50,805 nt of DNA from a virus. A program made the position numbers and the translations under genes. Below the pieces are notes generated by a model. That model was not told the origin of the DNA. It made no database searches and was given only the letters and a program-made list of their open reading frames with translations. Below, piece by piece: positions 26,281 to 34,333 of the stretch. Numbering within the stretch: the first letter of the stretch is position 1; each line of letters opens with the position of its first letter. The stretch spans positions 1 through 50,805 of the IMG/VR virus record IMGVR_UViG_3300025159_000004. The stretch is one strand, 5' to 3'.

Positions 26281-26424
26281 CTACTTCGCCTTCTTTGCGG
26301 CGCTAGTCCCAGCCCGAGCCGCCGCAGCCTTCGTGCCAGTTGTGTTAGCGGAGAGCCCCGGTACACCACTAGGACCTGTAGGCTTATCCGTAGGAGCTTT
26401 GACCTTCGGATGCGACTTAGACAT
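26281..26424 (-). CDS. tiny basic protein (47 aa)
   Basis: Below the ORF-track cutoff. The ATG overlaps the portal stop (TAATG). Sequence: MSKSHPKVKAPTDKPTG...AAKKAK. Confidence 0.5.
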   Translation of the reverse strand: MSKSHPKVKAPTDKPTGPSGVPGLSANTTGTKAAAARAGTSAAKKAK

Positions 26425-28628
26425 TAGTTATTAACCTCTGCGTTGGGATTAGACTCACCGCCGCCCATCTCACGGGTACTTGCTTGCGCGGGTGACCCAT
26501 TGCCTTGCCCGCCAGGCTGCGCACCGCCCATACTCGCAGCCACTCCAGCGTTACGCAAGGCCATCGGCGGTGCGTTGAGCACCTTACTTGCCATCAAGTC
26601 GGCCTGGTGCTGCATCATGTGCATGTACCACGCCTGCTGGATAATCATGGGCAGCTGCTTGAATTCATCCGTCATCGCCAGACGACGATGCGTCAGGAAG
26701 TGGACCGCGTGGTCGTCAACAATGGGGACGACGTGGATCGGCATGGTTACGGCCAGCTGTTGTGCCAGCACATCCACCATTTCAGGTGGAACCTCCTCGA
26801 TCTGGTCGCCAACCCCGCGCGCCCATTCCAAGAACTGGGCGTTCTCTTTGTATGCGTGCTTGGTATCTTCTTCCACACCGGGGCGCATATTCAGCATCCC
26901 AATGTCTTCCAGCATCTTGATCTTTTGGGCTTCATCCATGAAGTCCAGCACGCCGACCTGGGCGAGTTCCATATACGTCTGCATCTTCTCGGTTTGTGTG
27001 TGAGGCCGAGTCGAACCTGCCTCAACCTCAACCTCGACGCCTTCGTCCCAATCCGCGCCTATAAACTCTTGGAATGAGAAGCCCCCGACGGCGTCACGAA
27101 CGGCCATGAGCCGAGGCGTGTGTGCTTTCATCCGCCACACTTCGAGAGACTTCTTCGCCAGGGACTCGTAGCCGGCCTCGATGCCCTGGAAGACAGTTGC
27201 CCACCGCCCAAAGCCGCGCTCCTGGAGGGACTGGACGGTTCCTACAGGCGTCCGCGAACCCATGCTCCGTCCGCGCACAGCGGCGAATGCGCCGCTCAGC
27301 TCGTCGAAGCTTTGGCGGATGTCTTCAATGTACTTCACGAGTGACTGCGGGGCCTCGGCGCCAGGGACACGTTGGGGCTGAGCACCACCAACCGGCGTAT
27401 ACTCGATCTGGATTCCGATTTCTCCAGAGATACGCGACGGGTTGCTGTTTGCTGGGATCAGCCAGACCGGGTTAGCTACCCGGGTCATAATCAGCGTGAA
27501 CAGTGACTCGGCCTTGTTGAGCTGGTACTGCTTCGGGGTCAGGTCGTCAGCCGGGGTAAATCCCCATGCACGCCCGGTTACGGTCCCGAAACGATAGTGA
27601 ACTAGTGGATAGTATTTACGACCCTTGCCGTTTCGCTTGCGCCACGGGAAAGGCTTAACCTTCTCCAGCTCCTCCCCGCGATTGGTCATTGCCAAGTACA
27701 AACCGTTTGGGTATTCTTTGCACGCCTTTACGAACAAGCGAAACACTAGAACGCGCTTCGACCCAGTGTCACCGCCAGTTGAATGCGCGTAGGGTGATCC
27801 TGGGGTAACGCCAGGCGCCACGGACGCAATGGAGTCGCGGTGGATCGCTGAGGATGATACCTCACCGTAGCCGCCAAACCCTTCGTCTTGGACGTCTTTA
27901 TCCCAAATGCTCTTGATCTGTTCAGTCGTGTACGACTGAAGCAAGAGAATCGCGGGCTGTTGCTCGATATCCGTGATGACCGGGTCAAGGAACACTTCAA
28001 ACGGTGAGAGCGTCATGTACCGCATCTCACCACGAGGAACTTCTACCATCTGATCCGGCGAATCAACGAGGTATGGAGACGCACAATTTGGGCACACCGG
28101 ATCGTTTGGCTTGATGTCTCCAGGTTTCCACGTCGAGAAGCAGTCCTGACACTGTTCCAACGGGACCTGATCAACGCCCGTCTCTTCGCCCTCTTCCCAC
28201 GCAATTTCGTGGAAGGCGTTACCCGTGAGGAGCAACCAATCGAGCATCTCCAGGCGCGCTGCCTTAAAGCCTGCCTCACGGAAGATCACGCGGAGCTGTG
28301 CGTCAACAGCCGCCGCACGGGCGACAGCCTCAGCAGCGTCAAGTGTCGGCAGCCCCAAGAAGCGCGGCTCGTGCTGAGCAATCGCCGACTTGACCGTATC
28401 AATCGTCGCCCGAAAGAGATTCGTAATGGGCGTCGGGACGCTAGGAGAAAGCTTACGCTGCCTCCACCGTCGCGCGCTTGAATCGTAGATAACCCACTGC
28501 TGGCCAAGGTAGAAGAGGATGTTTCCCCACCATCCGCGCTCTTGGAGCCACCGACGGTGCTTCAGCCTCTCGTGCCAAGCGCGTATCAGCGCTTGGTCGT
28601 CGTTAGAGGCTATCTTCACCTGAGCCAT
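26424..28628 (-). CDS. portal protein (734 aa)
   Basis: Its size and its position between TerL and the scaffold/capsid genes support the call. The N-terminal W-rich GNILFYLGQQW segment is portal-like. Confidence 0.65.
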   Translation of the reverse strand: MAQVKIASNDDQALIRAWHERLKHRRWLQERGWWGNILFYLGQQWVIYDSSARRWRQRKLSPSVPTPITNLFRATIDTVKSAIAQHEPRFLGLPTLDAAEAVARAAAVDAQLRVIFREAGFKAARLEMLDWLLLTGNAFHEIAWEEGEETGVDQVPLEQCQDCFSTWKPGDIKPNDPVCPNCASPYLVDSPDQMVEVPRGEMRYMTLSPFEVFLDPVITDIEQQPAILLLQSYTTEQIKSIWDKDVQDEGFGGYGEVSSSAIHRDSIASVAPGVTPGSPYAHSTGGDTGSKRVLVFRLFVKACKEYPNGLYLAMTNRGEELEKVKPFPWRKRNGKGRKYYPLVHYRFGTVTGRAWGFTPADDLTPKQYQLNKAESLFTLIMTRVANPVWLIPANSNPSRISGEIGIQIEYTPVGGAQPQRVPGAEAPQSLVKYIEDIRQSFDELSGAFAAVRGRSMGSRTPVGTVQSLQERGFGRWATVFQGIEAGYESLAKKSLEVWRMKAHTPRLMAVRDAVGGFSFQEFIGADWDEGVEVEVEAGSTRPHTQTEKMQTYMELAQVGVLDFMDEAQKIKMLEDIGMLNMRPGVEEDTKHAYKENAQFLEWARGVGDQIEEVPPEMVDVLAQQLAVTMPIHVVPIVDDHAVHFLTHRRLAMTDEFKQLPMIIQQAWYMHMMQHQADLMASKVLNAPPMALRNAGVAASMGGAQPGGQGNGSPAQASTREMGGGESNPNAEVNN

Positions 28629-28968
28629 GTGTTAATTCCTGTGGGTCTGCGGTGGTCGCTAGTGCCTCACGCGCTTGCGTGCCGGCAAACCCCATTTCAT
28701 CTTCGCTCGGCGATAAGAAGACATCCACCTGTCGCCTATCTTCCTCGAAGGGGTCTCTGTTTAGATCCACTGTGCCGCCCCGGGGAGGGATGCGCCCAGA
28801 CATGTACATGGTGAGCTGCCGTACGTCGTCGTGTGAACGATCCACTTCAAGACGTAGCCGGTCGACTTCTGTCTCCAGAAGCGCGTTCTGTGCCTTGAGT
28901 GCCTCGATCACCCTGTCGCGTGCGTGCATCTCAGTGAGGAAGCGCGTCTTACCAACCCACATCATCAT
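28603..28968 (-). CDS. hypothetical coiled-coil protein (121 aa)
   Basis: ORF bridging TerL and the portal gene, overlapping both. Confidence 0.6.
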   Translation of the reverse strand: MMMWVGKTRFLTEMHARDRVIEALKAQNALLETEVDRLRLEVDRSHDDVRQLTMYMSGRIPPRGGTVDLNRDPFEEDRRQVDVFLSPSEDEMGFAGTQAREALATTADPQELTHGSGEDSL

Positions 28969-30493
28969 GCTCCCACCAGCCTGCTGCGTGTGTGGTATTC
29001 TCCCCGTGTAGCTCAGCCTCGTCGATACCTTGTGTCACGACGGATTCGTGTCCTTTGCGCTTCGGGAGTGTACGCTGGAGCGCTTCCCAGTGGCGCCGCG
29101 AACCGTCGTCGATGTCATCCGCGATGTCGAAGGCCGCTTCAAGCGTTCGTGTGTCAACCGCAACGACCTTCGTTGGGATGAACTCGAAGGCATAGCCGCC
29201 TGCGTCAATTGCGTGAAACTTCTGTTTGGATACGATCTTGAGGTCTTTAATAGCCCCTGTTGAGTCTACCATCTGCTGCCCGCGGACACGATACTCTGGG
29301 CCTTGGCGTAGCAGATGAGTACACGTCCGAAACACCACGAGCCCACGTTTCTGCGCTTCCAGGAACAACATGACACGCGCCCACTCGTCGCCACTTGATG
29401 GCGAGGCGGGCAATCCAGCGTTCACATACAACTGTGCAACCGAAATGGCGCCTAACTTGCGGGACAGCGCGCCAGTCGACCACGCGGAACGATCCATTGC
29501 GTATCCGAGAAGCCTGTGTGGCCCCGATTGACGCAAAATCTCTTGGCTGTGATCCTCAGCATCACGACCCTCGGCCCAGTACTCATTGTAAACGACTGGT
29601 GCATTGGGCGCCACGCCTTGATACACATCCTTATCGGGGTTCACCGCGACCCAAATGGCGCATGTCACTCCAGTGGAACGGGCGGGATCAACTCCAACCC
29701 ACCGCGGCCAGTGTGCTGGCACCATGAAGGGGGCAATGACACGAAAGTCTGGAATTAGCCGGGACGTCCCGGCGTCCATTGTCGCGTATACCCAGCGAGC
29801 TTGAACCTCTGGTGGCAGCGACAGCAGCTGTGCCTTAGCCCCCTCGTCAATATTTGGGTTTGCGAGCGATGTGCCACGCAGCAAACGCCGGGTTGCGCTC
29901 ATTGTTGGGCGCCCGTGGGGCGGCTCAAAGGTTAAAAAGCGCCGCCGGAGCCAATTGTCGCCTTCATCGTTCGCAATGGCGATCACGTGGCGGTCGCTAT
30001 AGGGCACAGCGTTAAGCCGACAACGGTTCAAGAGCAGCTGATAGGTCTCGTACTGGATCTCTTCAGCCTGATCGATGACGACCAGACTGTACTCTAGGTT
30101 CTTTAGCTTATCGAGACGGTTCGGCTCAAGGTTAGCGAAGAGAATCTCAGCGCCATTCTTGAATCGGACGACGTTTGTGCGCTCGCGATAGTCCCAATTA
30201 GCGGGCTTGACAATGAACGACCGGAGCTTCTTGTTTTCCACCATCTCGTAGAACATCTTCTTGGTGGTGTCAACCAGCTCACGGAAGGTCAATCGGCCAA
30301 CCAGGACGAATGCACCCGGGTATTTCACCGCGTGGCGAAACGCTGCAACGCACGCCGCGTATGTTTTACCGGCGCCCATCCCGGTGACTGCCGCTACCTC
30401 ATACTCAGGAGCAAGAATCAGCTCGGCTTGGACTGGATTATAGTCCTTCCCGAGTAAGTATGCTAGACTTAGCTTCTCCGCGTCTTCGGCCAC
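28949..30493 (-). CDS. terL: terminase large subunit
   Basis: Walker A GMGAGKT and Walker B-like LVVIDQAEE are followed by a C-terminal nuclease-size domain. Total length is 514 aa. Confidence 0.8.
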   Translation of the reverse strand: MAEDAEKLSLAYLLGKDYNPVQAELILAPEYEVAAVTGMGAGKTYAACVAAFRHAVKYPGAFVLVGRLTFRELVDTTKKMFYEMVENKKLRSFIVKPANWDYRERTNVVRFKNGAEILFANLEPNRLDKLKNLEYSLVVIDQAEEIQYETYQLLLNRCRLNAVPYSDRHVIAIANDEGDNWLRRRFLTFEPPHGRPTMSATRRLLRGTSLANPNIDEGAKAQLLSLPPEVQARWVYATMDAGTSRLIPDFRVIAPFMVPAHWPRWVGVDPARSTGVTCAIWVAVNPDKDVYQGVAPNAPVVYNEYWAEGRDAEDHSQEILRQSGPHRLLGYAMDRSAWSTGALSRKLGAISVAQLYVNAGLPASPSSGDEWARVMLFLEAQKRGLVVFRTCTHLLRQGPEYRVRGQQMVDSTGAIKDLKIVSKQKFHAIDAGGYAFEFIPTKVVAVDTRTLEAAFDIADDIDDGSRRHWEALQRTLPKRKGHESVVTQGIDEAELHGENTTHAAGWWEHDDVGW

Positions 30494-30495
30494 GC

Positions 30496-31098
30496 TTAGA
30501 CTCCAATGACCATTCCACCCGACGGGCCACCCTTCTTACGGTAAGCGTCAAGATCCAGGCCCTGGCTGGCGACGACTTTCGTTGGCCCTTTAGTGATCAG
30601 CGGGCTCGCTTTGGTGCCAGGCGGCGCCTCGTAGGGCGCAGGCTGATACGCTGACGCCGCGGTGTTCTGGTAGCCCGCCATTGCCATAGGAGATGGCTGA
30701 CTAGGCGAGCGCTTCATCATTGAAGCGAGGCCAGACGTAAGCAGCCCGAGACCACCTTTAGCGAGTTCCTTCTGCGTGTCAGGGCGCTCAAAGAAGCGCC
30801 CAACTCCCTGACCGATATTGCCCATCGTCGCGCCGAATCCGCCCTGCTCGGGCGCAAATCCGGGCATGAAATTGGTAGGCATCGGCGAGTATTGCTCAGC
30901 CCATGGAGCACTAGCCCCGCCCAGGCTTCCTATAAAGTCCAACTCTGGAGTGACGTTCCATCCACCAGATGAGCCCACGTTGAATCCGCCGAAATCGGTT
31001 GGTCCAGCAGAACCACTCCCCGCGAAGTCGGAGCCGTAACGTAGTAAGTCTTCATCAGGATTGAAGTCAGTCTGGAAATCCTCGAAATAATCAGCCAT
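30496..31098 (-). CDS. Gly/Ser/Pro-rich low-complexity protein (200 aa)
   Basis: ORF between the HTH/TerS-like gene and TerL; rich in GG, FG and GS repeats. Confidence 0.65.
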   Translation of the reverse strand: MADYFEDFQTDFNPDEDLLRYGSDFAGSGSAGPTDFGGFNVGSSGGWNVTPELDFIGSLGGASAPWAEQYSPMPTNFMPGFAPEQGGFGATMGNIGQGVGRFFERPDTQKELAKGGLGLLTSGLASMMKRSPSQPSPMAMAGYQNTAASAYQPAPYEAPPGTKASPLITKGPTKVVASQGLDLDAYRKKGGPSGGMVIGV

Positions 31099-32417
31099 CA
31101 GGCACTTCCAGTACCCAAGTCTAACGGTACCTCATAACCAGCACCAAAACCGCCAGTGCTGGGCATCCCGAATGCTCCACTCCCACCGAGCGCGGTATTG
31201 AGCGCAGCAGAGAGGTTGATAAGATTTTCATACTCGGCTTGGTCGTATCCGAGCTCGCCGAGCCCCGTGGAACGCGCGGCGGTCATGTCAGCCACCTTCT
31301 GCCCTACCCGCGCGTTGAGCGCGCCTAGCCGTGTACCTCCGGGGCTTTGCGCCAGTACGTCTAGATTGTGGTACATATTGCCGGCTCCCGCGTTTGGAAT
31401 GTAGCGCATCGCCTCTTGACCCAACGGACCACGATAGATATCGCGCTGGCGGATATCCTCGTTGAGCGATGATAGTGCTTCGGGGTTTTGTCCTACACGT
31501 GATGGGGCACGTGTCTGTCCAGCCATCAATGGCGAAGCAAAGCTCGTCGGGCCCGGCTGTCCCTGCGCGAGTGTCATTCGTTCTTTATAAGCGTTGATGA
31601 TTGCTTGTGCTTGGGGCGAGTAGCGCTGCCAGCTCCCGGGCTCTATAGTCCCGAGAGCCGCTTCCAACTCTTCTGGCGTTCCGGCTTCCTTGAGGTTGAG
31701 TCCAAAGGTGCCAAGCTGTTCAGCGTAATACTTATCCTTCATCGCTTCCCTTTGGGCACGCGAGGGCTCATCCCATCCGAAGATTTGACTAGCAGCATCG
31801 GAGAGCGCGGGACCAAACATGGCTACGGGTGGGAAGAAGCTCGTGCCCACACCCATGCCGATGTCGTGAATAGCTTTCCATGCTTTGTAGTCGGCCGGCG
31901 CATCTGAGCCCATTGTCTGCGCAGTATTGATTGCCGCAATAGCGGCCTGGATGTAAGGTGCGATATCGCCTATGTTGAGCCCACCTGCTGCGCCCGTTGC
32001 ACCCTGCTCGGCAGTCGTTGCGAGGTCGATGTCACTCGGCGATAGCCCACCAGCCGCCGCACCACCATATGGGATGATCTCTTGTGGAAAATCTGCAAAG
32101 AGGTCAAGCCCACGTGGGATGGCACCAGTAATGGAACCGTCAGGCGTGCGTTGGTCACCGCGCCCTTTGAACCCCTCAGCAAGCTTAGCTCCAGTCTTAC
32201 CTACGCTAAGCGCCTGCTTTGCTGTGCCAAGCTTCTCTTCAAGGCCAGTCGGCTTATCCTCTTGGTCCTCTTCATCGCGCCGCTTCTTGGGTGATGCACC
32301 TACACCAAATCCGCCGCGGGCGGGGGCACTTCCCGGGAGGAGGGGGCTAAGGAACTCGCGGGTTCCTCCCCGTCCTTCGGGGGTGTACTTGGCGTAGTCG
32401 GTGATTCGTCTGGCCAT
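31098..32417 (-). CDS. Gly/Ala-rich hypothetical protein (439 aa)
   Basis: ORF coupled downstream by an ATGA-type overlap. Its 5' end overlaps the upstream gene by ~118 nt. Confidence 0.65.
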   Translation of the reverse strand: MARRITDYAKYTPEGRGGTREFLSPLLPGSAPARGGFGVGASPKKRRDEEDQEDKPTGLEEKLGTAKQALSVGKTGAKLAEGFKGRGDQRTPDGSITGAIPRGLDLFADFPQEIIPYGGAAAGGLSPSDIDLATTAEQGATGAAGGLNIGDIAPYIQAAIAAINTAQTMGSDAPADYKAWKAIHDIGMGVGTSFFPPVAMFGPALSDAASQIFGWDEPSRAQREAMKDKYYAEQLGTFGLNLKEAGTPEELEAALGTIEPGSWQRYSPQAQAIINAYKERMTLAQGQPGPTSFASPLMAGQTRAPSRVGQNPEALSSLNEDIRQRDIYRGPLGQEAMRYIPNAGAGNMYHNLDVLAQSPGGTRLGALNARVGQKVADMTAARSTGLGELGYDQAEYENLINLSAALNTALGGSGAFGMPSTGGFGAGYEVPLDLGTGSA

Positions 32418-32845
32418 TCCACATCGTCCTTGAAGTCGCTCAGGGCGGTAGAGCTGTCGGCACCACTAGCACCACTGACGATCGCTTCAACCTTGGAAGC
32501 AATGTCAGCAAGGGCGCGTACCGCATGAATACGGTCAGCGTCACGGTTAGCGGTCTTGGCGATCTTGTTCAGCTGATCGAGGCCGTCGAGGAGACCTTGG
32601 CGTACCCGCCGCCTAATGGCGTTTGCATGGGTCTCTGCTGCTCCAGCAGCCTCAGTCAGTATCTTGTTGATCTTGGGGTCCCAGTCGTCGGCGTCACGCC
32701 AACGCTGGATTGTCTTGAGCGCCACCCCAAGCTCTTGTGCTATGGATCGCAACGAGCGACGCTTGCCCGTCGCTGCTGCTGACATGTACAGCTCGAAGGC
32801 TTTAGTGCGCTCCGCCTTCTTTGGGTCGAACTGGTTTGGCTCCAT
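32300..32845 (-). CDS. HTH DNA-binding protein, possible terminase small subunit; first gene of the leftward arm
   Basis: HTH-like RSLRSIAQELGVALKTIQRWRD. GGAGACGC precedes the ATG. The gene is separated from TerL by two genes. Confidence 0.45.
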   Translation of the reverse strand: MEPNQFDPKKAERTKAFELYMSAAATGKRRSLRSIAQELGVALKTIQRWRDADDWDPKINKILTEAAGAAETHANAIRRRVRQGLLDGLDQLNKIAKTANRDADRIHAVRALADIASKVEAIVSGASGADSSTALSDFKDDVEWPDESPTTPSTPPKDGEEPASSLAPSSREVPPPAADLV

Positions 32846-32994
32846 GCGTCTCCGCTATATCCGCCGCGCCGCCCGGGGTAGCCGGGTCCACCTGGGGCTC
32901 GGGAAAGCCATTGTGTGGGCCGGGGGGCAGGGTAGCCCCAGCTGGCAGGGCCGGGCAGCGAGCGAGCCTGGCTTGGGTCTGCGCAGCATGTGCT

Positions 32995-33012
32995 TGCGTC
33001 ATAATTGACGCA
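32995..33012. promoter_or_regulatory. perfect palindrome TGCGTCA-TAAT-TGACGCA upstream of the leftward arm
   Basis: Read directly: 7-bp arms with a 4-bp spacer that contains CATAAT. Confidence 0.4.
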
Positions 33013-33096
33013 CGCCGCTTGGCCGCGCGTGCTTGCGGATTGGGTCGGCGTTCATGCTGGTCGAGGCATTTCCTCACATAGAGGAAGCGTGCCAGC

Positions 33097-33109
33097 TGCC
33101 ACTTTGGCA
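33097..33109. promoter_or_regulatory. operator-like palindrome TGCCA-CTT-TGGCA, copy 1
   Basis: The exact 13-mer is repeated at 33181-33193. Degenerate copies lie at 33279-33291 and 33956-33967. Confidence 0.5.
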
Positions 33110-33174
33110 CGCAATCTTTCGTGTCATCTTGGCACGATTGGGGTGGTGAATAGCTTACACGGAACTATGGCGGT

Positions 33175-33203
33175 GTCTCATGCCACTTTGGCACCGTGAG
33201 ACA
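33175..33203. promoter_or_regulatory. operator-like palindrome TGCCA-CTT-TGGCA, copy 2, flanked by inverted GTCTCA/TGAGAC
   Basis: GTCTCA-TGCCACTTTGGCA-CCG-TGAGAC. The 8-mer GTGAGACA recurs at 33271-33278 and 33331-33338 (inverted) and at 42525-42532. Confidence 0.5.
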
Positions 33204-33376
33204 ACCCCCCTCGTGAGTACTAAAAAGCGCAACATCATGTGTGTAGTTTCTTACCACCACTACCTGGAGTTGTCTCACGCCAATTTGTCACATGTCCAAA
33301 AGTGCGCTGTAAACTATTGAAATATTACCTTGTCTCACGGTGCGGACCTACTATATAGAATATAGAGACAACCCTC

Positions 33377-33407
33377 GGGGGAGGGAGCTCGCACCGCCCC
33401 CTCCCCC
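33377..33407. other. 9-bp all-G/C hairpin (GGGGGAGGG / CCCTCCCCC) opening a C-run tract
   Basis: Read directly: 13-nt loop, followed by C5, C3, C3, C6 and C4 runs up to 33445. Confidence 0.5.
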
Positions 33408-33633
33408 TCGCCTCCCGCTCACGCTCCCGGCTCACCCCCCACCCCGGAGCGCGCTATGACGTTTTGGCGCTGACGCGGGTGGCGGGGGGAATTTCACGTG
33501 AGGGGGACTCCTAGACGCTATTAGGTACTTAAAAGCATTCTTTTCCACATAGTTAGCGAGGGGGCCCCATGTCAAAATTGGAGGAGGTGCGTGTGGGCTC
33601 AGGCTGGATGGGGACGGGCTGGGCTGAGCTGAC

Positions 33634-33689
33634 AGCAGCATGGCCAGGCTGGCTGGGGCATAGCAGCATAGCCAAGCTGGCACTAGCAT
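33634..33689. repeat. two tandem 28-bp units (iteron-like)
   Basis: AGCAGCATGGCCAGGCTGGCTGGGGCAT and AGCAGCATAGCCAAGCTGGCACTAGCAT match at 22 of 28 positions. They are embedded in repeated GGCTGG/GCATGG motifs. Confidence 0.6.
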
Positions 33690-33859
33690 GGGGATGGGGA
33701 TGGCATGGGCTAAGCTGGGGCTATCTAGCCATTACCAGCCCGGTGGGGCATTGCGTAACTGTAACATAGCCTTACATAACGCATGGTTAGGGTGGGATAG
33801 GTAGTGTTCCCAACTGCCACACAGGTTGACGCGCGCATGTATGTCAGTCATAGGCGATA

Positions 33860-34044
33860 CCCCGCCCCCGTATTTTCGCGTCTCATTTTTGCCACGAAAA
33901 ATAATTGGCTCACGTTTTCGCCCACTTACGGCGCGCCGCTTGTGAACCTTTTCACGCCAATTTGGCAAAAACCCACAATTCCGCGGGTTTGGCGGGGCGG
34001 GGGTATCCCCTTAGGGTAGAGGCGAAAAAATCGGCGGGGCGGGG
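33860..34044. repeat. GC-box repeats: GGCGGGGCGGGG at 33991 and 34033, near-inverted copy CCCCGCCCCC at 33860; hairpin 33871-33902
   Basis: Read directly. They lie just upstream of the first rightward gene (ATG 34068). Confidence 0.5.
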
Positions 34045-34067
34045 CCAAACTCACCGGGAGAGAACTT

Positions 34068-34331
34068 ATGAAATTGCGGGAACTGGTCGACGGGTATGTG
34101 GCTACTCCAGCCGACGCGGCTGCCGCGGCGGCCTGGCGCGCCATCCTGGCCGAGATCGATGCGGAGTGGGCGAGCCTGCTCGGTGATCACGAGTTGTCCA
34201 CACTGGGGCGGGTCATCGAGTATGCCGCGGTCAAACAGGTCATCACCAACGACAGCGGCCTACGGCTGGCAGTCGCGACGTTCGCACTCGGTCGCGAGTT
34301 CGGCTGCAGGGCCGAACGGCTGGAAGGCTAG
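34068..34331 (+). CDS. early protein (87 aa), hypothetical
   Basis: GGAGA lies 7 nt upstream of the ATG. This is the first gene of the rightward arm. Confidence 0.7.
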   Translation: MKLRELVDGYVATPADAAAAAAWRAILAEIDAEWASLLGDHELSTLGRVIEYAAVKQVITNDSGLRLAVATFALGREFGCRAERLEG

Positions 34332-34333
34332 CA

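Noticed and set aside
27000-27040. T-loop-like GGTTCGACTC word on the minus strand inside the portal gene
   Set aside because: No flanking acceptor, anticodon or D-arm pairing could be drawn, and it lies in well-supported coding sequence.
32802-33110. ORFs 32802-33110 (-) and 32821-33081 (+) in the control region
   Set aside because: Both are Ala/Arg/Gly-rich with no RBS. They overlap the palindromes and the first late gene, so they are likely GC-driven open frames.
33097-33200. TGGCAC words read as sigma-54 (-24/-12) promoters
   Set aside because: The required TTGC at the N5 spacing after TGGCAC is absent at every copy. The words are halves of TGCCA-N3-TGGCA palindromes.
33634-33689. CRISPR-like array
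   Set aside because: There are only two adjacent 28-bp units with no spacers, and they are 22/28 identical rather than exact.
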